From a virus (lineage: Duplodnaviria; Caudoviricetes), in IMG/VR virus record IMGVR_UViG_3300042558_004043: 64,000 bases of DNA, one strand, 5' to 3'. Within the stretch, counting starts at the first letter, position 1. Each line of letters opens with the position of its first letter. A program made the position numbers and the translations under genes. The notes beneath the pieces were generated by a model. It did not search any database, was not told where the DNA came from, and saw only the letters and a list, made by a program, of their open reading frames with translations. Below are positions 7,757-15,792 of the stretch, piece by piece.

Positions 7757-10700
7757 ATGGCTTCTAACAGTAAAGTATTCGTATCTCCCGGGGTTTATAC
7801 CTCTGAGGTCGATTTGAGTTTTGTATCACAAAGTGTTGGTGTTACAACTCTAGGTATTGTTGGTGAAACTTTAAAGGGTCCGGCTTTTGAGCCAATCTTT
7901 ATTACCAACTTTGATGAATTCACCACCTATTTTGGTGGAACTTCACCTGAAAAATTTATAAACACACAAATCCCAAAATATGAGGCCGCGTATATTGCTA
8001 AGGCTTATTTACAACAATCTAATCAATTGTTTGTAACTAGAATTTTAGGTCTATCAGGTTATGATGCTGGTCCATCATGGTCTATAAGAGTTAAGGCAAA
8101 CGTTGACCCTTCAACTGTTGGTTTTAATTGTATAGCATTCGATGGCCCTGATTTATCAACGGGTTGTGCGATTGAATGTATTCAGTATGAACAATATGAT
8201 TATAATATTATTTTTACAGGATGTAACAATGGTATTTCATCTATATCATTTACAGATACTACAGGGTCACCTGATATTCTTTTAGAAAGATTAGACTTAC
8301 CTTACGAACAATTTGATGGTGGTGTTTCATCACTCAGAACTGATTTATTGAATCAAATTAATAATGTTATAGATGATAATGATTTACAATATTATCAAAT
8401 GAATGTTTATGGTGCCGTTCCACAATCTATAATAACAGATTTTGAAAGTTACGGTTACACGTCATTTACAAATGTTTTTGAAGTTGACGATTATATTTAC
8501 GAAACCGCCAACTTTACAGATGCTAATAATGACCCTTGGTATTATGCTATGTTTGATAATAATGGAAACTCGGTATATACCGGTTCTTCATTTTATTCTT
8601 ATTTATCAATTACAAATTCTACATCTTCTTCTAATTGTGCAACTTTTTACAATTATAGTGTTTATGGAGTTAATGGTGTTATAAATTATAATACAAATAC
8701 TATTAATGTGGTATTACCATATTCCGCGTTTTCAGGAGTTAATCTTTCGACAATTATAAGTGATTTCAGCGCTTGTACCGCAAATGTAACGGTTAATGGT
8801 TTACCTCAAGAAACTGCAAATACTGAAAATGATTTTTCATTTGGTCCTATAACTTATGTTTTAGTATCTGAAGATACAGGAACTACAACAAACTGGACAG
8901 TTTCAGTAACTGTTCAAAATCCTTGTGACCCATTGACTTCAGGTAATACTGGTTCAGAAAATGTTGGTGAAATATTACAATGTTACACAGGTTCCGTTGT
9001 AGGTAGAATATACGTTTACTCAGGAACTGCTTTTACAAATTATGATGATTTAGTTATAGCAACACTTCGTTCAAGAGGATTGGCAACATATTCTTCAGAT
9101 AATGGTGCGGTATATGAGGTTCCAGATTTAAGTGGTGTTACTTTAAATTGTACAGGTGCGTATTCAGGTGTTACCAAAAACCCATATTTAACATTTGGAG
9201 TTAATGTAACAAGTAAAGATGGAGATGTATATTTCTTTGAAACTTCATTAACAAATTCAGATACAGAATATATAACTAAAGTTTTTGGAACAACTAATTT
9301 TTCAAAACCTAGAACTGTTGTCCCTCTTTTTGTTGAAGAAAAATATCAACTTCTTTTGAACTATGGTTATAGAAAAGGTTATATTAGAGGTTTAGATTGT
9401 GAATTAATTTCTCTACCTGATGCAAGACAAGGGTTCGACCCAACTTCAATCGGATGGTATTTAGAACAATATCAATCACCAACATCTCCATGGGTTGTTT
9501 CTGAACTTAGAGGTAATAAAGTTTATAACTTATTTAAGTTTACAACAATTGCCGATGGTAATGACGCAAATACCGAAGTTAAAATTTCTATAGCTAACAT
9601 GTCATTTGGTAATGGAACATTCGATGTTTTAGTTAGAGATTTCTATGATTCAGACGCAAATCCAATTGTAATTGAGAAATTTACAAATTGTTCAATGGAC
9701 CCAAATGATAATAGTTTTATTGCTAAAAAAATTGGTACTAAAGACGGTGAATATCAATTAAACTCTAAGTATGTTATGTTAGAAATAAATGAGGACGCTC
9801 CAATAGACGCGTTACCTTGTGGATTCTTAGGTTACAATATGAGAGAATATGCGGGAGCTCGTCCACCGTTCCCAATCTACAAAACAAAATACGATTTCCC
9901 TGGTGAAGTAATTTATGACCCTCCATTTGGTTTGGCAACAGGTGGTAATGATGCGATTACTTCTGGTGGTGATAATGTCCGTAGAACTTACTTGGGTATT
10001 TCCGACACTATAGGTATTGATGTTGATTTTTATCAATATAAAGGAAAACAAACTCCTCTTAATATTTGTACAGATACTACGGGTGATGAGTGGGCTTATA
10101 GAACTAGAGGTTTTCATATGGACGTAAACGCAAGTGCTATTACAATAGGTAATGGATTTGCAACTTCAGGTGAACCGACCTTCTATGTTGGTTCTGCATC
10201 ATTCACTAGCGACCCTGATAATGAAACAAATCCATATTACAGAATATACGCTCGTAAATTCTCATTGTTATGTCAAGGTGGTTTTGACGGATGGGATATC
10301 TATAGAGAATACAGAACAAACGCCGACAGATTTGTATTAGGAAAGAGTGGTTATTTGAGAGGAGCGTGTGCTGACACAAGATACCCTAACGCAACTGGAT
10401 GGGGAGCGTTTAAACAAATTTCAGTTGGTGATAACACAATGGATTATGGTAATAGTGACTATTACGCTTATTTATTAGGTCAAAAATCATTCTCTAATCC
10501 TGAAGCGGTTAATATTAACGTATTTGTAACGCCTGGTATTGATTATGTTAATCATTCTAATTTGGTAGAAGCGGCTGTAGAAATGATAGAGTTTGACAGA
10601 GCAGATTCTTTGTATATTACAACTACTCCTGACTATAACATGTTCTCATCAACTGCAGGTGAACCAACTGAATTAATTTACCCACAAGAAGCGGTTGATA

Positions 10701-11344
10701 ACTTAGAGACCGCGGGATTAGATTCTAACTACACTTGTACTTATTACCCATGGGTATTAACGAGAGATACGGTTAACAATACTCAAATTTACATTCCTGC
10801 GACTGCTGAAGTTACTAAAAACTTGGCGTTAACTGATAACATCGCGTTCCCTTGGTTCGCGGCGGCTGGCTACACTCGTGGTATAGTAAACGCTATCAAA
10901 GCTCGTAAGAAACTAACTCAAGAGGATAGAGACACTCTTTATCAAGGTAGAATTAACCCAATTGCAACCTTCTCTGATGTAGGAACTGTAATTTGGGGTA
11001 ATAAAACTTTACAAATTAGACAGTCGGCTCTTGACAGAATTAACGTTAGAAGATTGTTATTACAAGCTCGTAAGTTGATTTCAGCAGTTTCTGTTAGATT
11101 GTTATTTGAACAAAATGACCAAAAGGTTAGACAAGATTTCTTGGACGCGGTTAATCCAATCTTAGATGCTATTAGAAGAGACAGAGGTTTATACGATTTC
11201 CGTGTAACAGTTTCTTCAGATGTTGCTGACTTAGATAGAAACCAAATGACAGGTAAAATCTACATTAAACCTACAAGGTCTCTTGAATTTATAGATATAA
11301 CATTCTACATAACCCCAACAGGTGCGTCGTTTGAAAATATCTAA
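7757..11344 (+). CDS. gp18: Contractile tail sheath protein with large insertion domains
   Basis: N-term VFVSPGVYTSEVDLS...GETLKGP. C-term YYPW, PWFAAAGYTRG, LYQGRINPI, WGNKTL, DRINVRRLL, IKPTRSLEFI. Confidence 0.95.
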   Translation: MASNSKVFVSPGVYTSEVDLSFVSQSVGVTTLGIVGETLKGPAFEPIFITNFDEFTTYFGGTSPEKFINTQIPKYEAAYIAKAYLQQSNQLFVTRILGLSGYDAGPSWSIRVKANVDPSTVGFNCIAFDGPDLSTGCAIECIQYEQYDYNIIFTGCNNGISSISFTDTTGSPDILLERLDLPYEQFDGGVSSLRTDLLNQINNVIDDNDLQYYQMNVYGAVPQSIITDFESYGYTSFTNVFEVDDYIYETANFTDANNDPWYYAMFDNNGNSVYTGSSFYSYLSITNSTSSSNCATFYNYSVYGVNGVINYNTNTINVVLPYSAFSGVNLSTIISDFSACTANVTVNGLPQETANTENDFSFGPITYVLVSEDTGTTTNWTVSVTVQNPCDPLTSGNTGSENVGEILQCYTGSVVGRIYVYSGTAFTNYDDLVIATLRSRGLATYSSDNGAVYEVPDLSGVTLNCTGAYSGVTKNPYLTFGVNVTSKDGDVYFFETSLTNSDTEYITKVFGTTNFSKPRTVVPLFVEEKYQLLLNYGYRKGYIRGLDCELISLPDARQGFDPTSIGWYLEQYQSPTSPWVVSELRGNKVYNLFKFTTIADGNDANTEVKISIANMSFGNGTFDVLVRDFYDSDANPIVIEKFTNCSMDPNDNSFIAKKIGTKDGEYQLNSKYVMLEINEDAPIDALPCGFLGYNMREYAGARPPFPIYKTKYDFPGEVIYDPPFGLATGGNDAITSGGDNVRRTYLGISDTIGIDVDFYQYKGKQTPLNICTDTTGDEWAYRTRGFHMDVNASAITIGNGFATSGEPTFYVGSASFTSDPDNETNPYYRIYARKFSLLCQGGFDGWDIYREYRTNADRFVLGKSGYLRGACADTRYPNATGWGAFKQISVGDNTMDYGNSDYYAYLLGQKSFSNPEAVNINVFVTPGIDYVNHSNLVEAAVEMIEFDRADSLYITTTPDYNMFSSTAGEPTELIYPQEAVDNLETAGLDSNYTCTYYPWVLTRDTVNNTQIYIPATAEVTKNLALTDNIAFPWFAAAGYTRGIVNAIKARKKLTQEDRDTLYQGRINPIATFSDVGTVIWGNKTLQIRQSALDRINVRRLLLQARKLISAVSVRLLFEQNDQKVRQDFLDAVNPILDAIRRDRGLYDFRVTVSSDVADLDRNQMTGKIYIKPTRSLEFIDITFYITPTGASFENI

Positions 11345-11354
11345 TCAATAATAT

Positions 11355-11390
11355 AAGACAGGTCGGCAAAAGTCGGCCTGTCTTTATATT
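11355..11390 (+). terminator. Intrinsic terminator after the sheath gene
   Basis: 13-bp stem AAGACAGGTCGGC-AAAA-GTCGGCCTGTCTT (two G-U pairs), then a T-rich tract. Confidence 0.7.
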
Positions 11391-11393
11391 TAT
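11387..11393 (+). promoter_or_regulatory. TATTTAT upstream motif (HAD gene)
   Basis: 8 nt before the ATG at 11402, overlapping the terminator tail. Confidence 0.4.
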
Positions 11394-11401
11394 TTAATAT
11401 T

Positions 11402-12220
11402 ATGAGATTAAAATCAGTTAACGAAGGAATTACAGAAACCGGAACTCCGGACATGAAGTATTATGCATTTGATTGGGATGACAATATTTTGATAATGCCA
11501 ACAAAAATAATTCTTAAAGATAACAAGAATGATGAAGTTGGAATGTCTACCGAAGATTTTGCGGAATATAGAATGAAAATTGGTAAAGAACCTTTTGAAT
11601 ATAATGGACATAACATTGTAGGGTTTGCTGAAAATCCATTTAGGTATTTTAGTGTGGAAGGAGATAAACAGTTTATAATTGATTCTCTATTAGGAAAACC
11701 AGGTCCTGCTTGGTCTGATTTTGTAGAGTCTATTAATAACGGTTCTATTTTTTCAATCGTGACCGCTAGAGGACATACACCTGAAGTTATGAAAGAGTCA
11801 GTTTACAATATGATAATTTCAAACCATATGGGTATAGATTCTAATGAACTTCTAAAAAATTTAGAAAAATTTAGAGACATAGAAGGTATTGGTAAATCAT
11901 CAAAAAAAGAAATGATAAAAGAATACTTAAATATGTGTCGGTTTTACCCTGTAACTTATGGTAAAGGAAGTGCGGTTAGTCCCGAAGAAGGAAAAATTAA
12001 AGCTTTAAATGAATTTGTGGGATATGTTAAAAGAATCTCTAAACACATAGAGAAAAAGGCATATTTAAAGAATAGAATATCAAATAATTTTGTACCTACA
12101 ATTGGATTTTCTGATGATGACCTAATGAATTTGGAAAAAGTTAAAAGTCATTTTGAAAATGAACCAGATAATATAATTAAAACGATTTCAACTGCAGGAG
12201 GAGTAAAAAAACCTTATTAA
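11402..12220 (+). CDS. HAD-superfamily phosphohydrolase
   Basis: YAFDWDD (motif I), IVTARGH (motif II), IGFSDDD (motif IV). Confidence 0.75.
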   Translation: MRLKSVNEGITETGTPDMKYYAFDWDDNILIMPTKIILKDNKNDEVGMSTEDFAEYRMKIGKEPFEYNGHNIVGFAENPFRYFSVEGDKQFIIDSLLGKPGPAWSDFVESINNGSIFSIVTARGHTPEVMKESVYNMIISNHMGIDSNELLKNLEKFRDIEGIGKSSKKEMIKEYLNMCRFYPVTYGKGSAVSPEEGKIKALNEFVGYVKRISKHIEKKAYLKNRISNNFVPTIGFSDDDLMNLEKVKSHFENEPDNIIKTISTAGGVKKPY

Positions 12221-12294
12221 TTATTTACTAGTGATTTATAACTAGAAGTTATTTGAAAAAACCCAAAAGTAAATAGAAAAAAATTATTATTAGA

Positions 12295-12306
12295 TATTTA
12301 TAAATA
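12295..12306 (+). promoter_or_regulatory. TATTTAT upstream motif (palindromic TATTTATAAATA; tube gene)
   Basis: GATATTTATAAATA, about 36 nt before the ATG at 12338. Confidence 0.5.
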
Positions 12307-12337
12307 AAAAGAATAAAAAATTTAAAACAAAAATACA

Positions 12338-12826
12338 ATGGCTGATTTATTAATGAAAATGCCCATACCTTATGAACCCAAAAGGAATAACCGATTTATT
12401 TTACGTTTTCCTTCTACATTAGGTATAAACGAGTGGTTCGTTGAATCTGCCGCTCGACCACATATTACGATTGTTAGTACTGAGATTCCATTCTTAAATA
12501 CCTCAACTTATGTTGCTGGTCGTTTTACATGGGGAGCTCTTAATGTAACTTTTAGAGACCCTATTGGTCCTTCCGCTTCACAAGCTCTAATGGAATGGGT
12601 TCGTTTATGTGCCGAATCAGTTACAGGTCGTATGGGTTATGCTGCAGGGTATAAAAAAAATGTTGACATTGAAATGTTAGACCCAACAGGAGTCGTGGTT
12701 GAAAAATGGATATTGGAAGGAACTTGGATGATGGACGTAAACTTTAATGCATTGAGTTATTCTGACGATAAAGTTTCAACAATCACCGCTCAACTTAGAA
12801 TGGACCGTTGTATCTTGGTTTATTAA
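12338..12826 (+). CDS. gp19: Tail tube protein
   Basis: 162 aa; RPHITI...YVAGRFTW..LNVTFRD...YKKNVDIEMLDPTG..VEKWILEGTW...L.YSDD, a gp19-like pattern, downstream of the sheath. Confidence 0.85.
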   Translation: MADLLMKMPIPYEPKRNNRFILRFPSTLGINEWFVESAARPHITIVSTEIPFLNTSTYVAGRFTWGALNVTFRDPIGPSASQALMEWVRLCAESVTGRMGYAAGYKKNVDIEMLDPTGVVVEKWILEGTWMMDVNFNALSYSDDKVSTITAQLRMDRCILVY

Positions 12827-12850
12827 GATTATACTTTACAATATTATATA

Positions 12851-12880
12851 AATCCCATATTATTAATATGGGATTTTTTG
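12851..12880 (+). terminator. Intrinsic terminator after the tube gene
   Basis: AATCCCATATT-ATT-AATATGGGATT followed by TTTT. Confidence 0.7.
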
Positions 12881-12886
12881 TTTATT

Positions 12887-13012
12887 ATGGAAAACAATAC
12901 AGGATTTACATGTAATACTTGTGGTAAAGTTTTTGAAACTGAAGAAGAGTTTCTTAATCGACATAAAAAAAATTCCGAAAATCAACCGAAAGATAATCTA
13001 AATAAGGAATAA
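12887..13012 (+). CDS. 41-aa micro-ORF with a partial C2H2-type zinc-finger pattern (not in ORF track)
   Basis: MENNTGFTCNTCGKVFETEEEFLNRHKKNSENQPKDNLNKE; stop lies 1 nt before the next ATG. Confidence 0.55.
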   Translation: MENNTGFTCNTCGKVFETEEEFLNRHKKNSENQPKDNLNKE

Positions 13013-13013
13013 A

Positions 13014-13769
13014 ATGGACCCAAGTCTTTTAAACGCCGCTACAGAAAATTTTAATCTACCTCATGACATGGTAGTACTTCCAACTGGAGGTATATTTTAT
13101 AAATCTAAAAAAAAGTCTATCAAAGTTGGGTATCTAACCGCTAGTGATGAGAATTATTTAATGTCAGGACTTGGTAATAGAGAAAATATAATTATGACTC
13201 TATTACGAAATAAAATTTACGAACATGATTTAAGACCTGACGAGTTATTAGAAGAAGACATTCAGGCAATTCTTTTATTTTTAAGGAATACATCTTTTGG
13301 TTCCGAATATATAGTAAACTTAGACGACCCCAGAACTGGAAAACAATTCGAAGAATCTATCATACTTGACGAAATTAGTATAAAAAAAGGATTGGTACAA
13401 CCAAATGAGGATGGAACTTTTACTACTAAATTACCTGTGTCAGGTGCAAATGTAAAAATAAGACCATTAGCTTTTGGTGAACTATTTGATATAGACAAAA
13501 TTGTTGAGAATTATCCTAAAGGTAGAGTCGCTCCAAAAGTAACTTTGAAATTACAAAAACAAATCGTGGAATTGGAAGGACAAAATGATTTAGGTAAAAT
13601 TAGTTTGTTTGTAGACCAATTACCTATCGGTGATTCGAAATATATTAGAAAGTTTTTAAAGGACAACGTGCCATCATTAGATTTAAACAAGAAAGTAACT
13701 ACCCCATCAGGAGAAAAGATAGATGTTGACATCGTCTTTGGGGTCGAATTTTTTCGCCCTTTCTTCTAA
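13014..13769 (+). CDS. Baseplate hub/tail assembly chaperone, T4 gp26-like
   Basis: VVLPTGG.FY...LTASDENYL...DIQAILLFLR..SFG pattern; lies between the tube and tape measure genes. Confidence 0.65.
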   Translation: MDPSLLNAATENFNLPHDMVVLPTGGIFYKSKKKSIKVGYLTASDENYLMSGLGNRENIIMTLLRNKIYEHDLRPDELLEEDIQAILLFLRNTSFGSEYIVNLDDPRTGKQFEESIILDEISIKKGLVQPNEDGTFTTKLPVSGANVKIRPLAFGELFDIDKIVENYPKGRVAPKVTLKLQKQIVELEGQNDLGKISLFVDQLPIGDSKYIRKFLKDNVPSLDLNKKVTTPSGEKIDVDIVFGVEFFRPFF

Positions 13770-13911
13770 CTATAGAATTTCTTTAGCGAACGAGTATATA
13801 ATTCTATCAAAAAATCTACATACGTCATATTCAGATTTTTTGATTATGCCAACTTATTTTAGAAAATATTTGATTGATAAGGTTATCGAGATTAACACAC
13901 CTAAAACCTAA
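13723..13911 (+). CDS. Small assembly-chaperone ORF, gp51/GT-like; may be translated by +1 frameshift from the upstream gene
   Basis: Overlaps the upstream ORF by 47 nt in the +1 frame. EYIILSKNLHTSYSDFLIMP.YFRKYLI resembles chaperone C-terminal extensions. Confidence 0.55.
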   Translation: MLTSSLGSNFFALSSNYRISLANEYIILSKNLHTSYSDFLIMPTYFRKYLIDKVIEINTPKT

Positions 13912-13918
13912 TTCAAAA

Positions 13919-13925
13919 TATTTAT
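13919..13925 (+). promoter_or_regulatory. TATTTAT upstream motif (tape measure gene)
   Basis: AAAATATTTATAAAA, 16 nt before the ATG at 13942. Confidence 0.5.
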
Positions 13926-13941
13926 AAAATAAATTTAGATT

Positions 13942-15753
13942 ATGATGATGGCAACTACTGCAGAAACCGTACAAGATTTTTATGATTTTATATCAACTTT
14001 AGGAAAAAAAAGTGTTGAAACTTTTACAGAGAGTTTTGTACCCGGACTAAAATCAATTTTAAATACTGTACAAGAAGTTGATGCTCAGGCGGTTGCAGTT
14101 GCAAAATCATTTGGACAAGGAAGAGAGAATATTTTGTCAATCAAAACATCTTTGGTTGATGCAGCTTCTTCCGTTGAAGCTTTGGGTGGTAAATTTTCTG
14201 ATGTCGCGGATATTCAAACCAGTCTAGTTAAAAGTTTAAATAGAGCGGTTTTGTTAAGTTCCGATTCATACGAAAGTATTTTTGCAACTATAAAAGTAAC
14301 TGGCCAAGAAGCGGGTACTTTATTTACTCAGTTCAAAAATATAGGAGTATCGGCATATGGTGTTGCTGATGGGATGCAAAAAATTGTTGATACCGCAAGA
14401 CAACAGGGATTAAGTGTGGAGGCGGTGAGTAAACAAGCCGTTGATAACATGGAATCTATGAATAAGTATAACTTTCAAGGAGGTGTTGACGGATTGGCTA
14501 AAATGGCGGCCCAAGCAACTAGTTTAAGAATTGATATGGCAACTACTCTTAATTTTTCAAATGATTTATATAAGCCCGAAAAGGCGATTGAAATGTCAGC
14601 AGCACTCCAAAGACTTGGGGTTACTCAGTCTGAATTATTGGACCCATTAAGATTAATGGATTTATCTATTAATGACCCAACAGAACTTCAAAATCAATTA
14701 GTACAAATGACTCAACAATTTGTAACTATGAATGAGGCCGGACAATTTGAGATTGCGCCTGAGGGAAAACTTAGAATGAGAGAATTACAAGAAGCCACTG
14801 GAATTGCGTATGGAGAGTTAACAAAAATGGCTTTAGGTGGTGCCGAATTAGAAAATAAGTTATCTAAGATAAGATTTCCTGAGTTTATGACTGATGACCA
14901 GCAAAAAATGATTGCAAACCTTGCTGAAATGAAGGATGGTGAATATGTTGTAACAATTGATGGTAAAGCAGAAAGTTTAGAAGATTTATTATCTAGAACT
15001 GATAGTACTGCAGAACTTGAAAAAATTCTTGATGCCGCCAAACCTAAAACTATGGAAGATTTGGCATCCGAACAATTGGATATGCAAAAAAGTATGGAAG
15101 CTAGTATGGCGAAAATCGCTAATAGAACATCAAGAGCACTGGCAACATCAAATATCATTGAAGAATTAGGAAATGCGACTAGAGAAGGATACAAGGGATT
15201 GACAGATATTATAACTGAAAGGGATGTTATGTCGGCAAAAAGTATTAGAGAATTAATAAATGTTAATGGGGAGGTTATTGGAGATGTTGCTGAAAAAATG
15301 TTTAAGGGAGAAGATGTTGATTTGGGAGGTGTTGTTGCTGAAATGGGTGAAAAATCTGGTGGCATTTTTGCAGAACAACTTGAAGGTTTGGGGATTAATT
15401 TTGCAGAACAAATTAAGGGGTTACAAGAATCTGATAATCGCGTTGCGGAAGTAATGTCATCACTTTATGAAAATTTAGCAGATGTTATTAAAGAAAAAAC
15501 TGGATATGATATAAGGCCGGCCGATACCATGAACAGAAATAGAACTGATACCACAACAAATCAACAAGATAGAACGCAAACACAAAATATAAATTCTACA
15601 TCAACTGTCGATGTTACTATAAAATTAGATGTTCCGGCAGGTATGTCAGAAAGTGAAGTCATAAACGCATTAAGAACTGAACAAATCAAACAAGAAATAG
15701 TAAAAATTGTTGAGGAGAAACATCCTGACCTCAAGTTAAAACCAGCGCAGTAA
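13942..15753 (+). CDS. Tape-measure-like protein
   Basis: 603 aa, helical, rich in A/Q/E/M/L with almost no Trp or Cys; directly after the chaperone pair. Confidence 0.7.
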   Translation: MMMATTAETVQDFYDFISTLGKKSVETFTESFVPGLKSILNTVQEVDAQAVAVAKSFGQGRENILSIKTSLVDAASSVEALGGKFSDVADIQTSLVKSLNRAVLLSSDSYESIFATIKVTGQEAGTLFTQFKNIGVSAYGVADGMQKIVDTARQQGLSVEAVSKQAVDNMESMNKYNFQGGVDGLAKMAAQATSLRIDMATTLNFSNDLYKPEKAIEMSAALQRLGVTQSELLDPLRLMDLSINDPTELQNQLVQMTQQFVTMNEAGQFEIAPEGKLRMRELQEATGIAYGELTKMALGGAELENKLSKIRFPEFMTDDQQKMIANLAEMKDGEYVVTIDGKAESLEDLLSRTDSTAELEKILDAAKPKTMEDLASEQLDMQKSMEASMAKIANRTSRALATSNIIEELGNATREGYKGLTDIITERDVMSAKSIRELINVNGEVIGDVAEKMFKGEDVDLGGVVAEMGEKSGGIFAEQLEGLGINFAEQIKGLQESDNRVAEVMSSLYENLADVIKEKTGYDIRPADTMNRNRTDTTTNQQDRTQTQNINSTSTVDVTIKLDVPAGMSESEVINALRTEQIKQEIVKIVEEKHPDLKLKPAQ

Positions 15754-15770
15754 AAAAAAACCTTTTATTG

Positions 15771-15777
15771 TATTTAT
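15771..15777 (+). promoter_or_regulatory. TATTTAT upstream motif
   Basis: 15 nt before the ATG at 15793. Confidence 0.5.
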
Positions 15778-15792
15778 ATATAAAATGTTATA

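Noticed and set aside
14712-15365. 217-aa minus-strand ORF
   Set aside because: Antisense shadow of the tape-measure gene. The S/I/F-rich composition is what the reverse complement of an E/K/D-rich gene produces.
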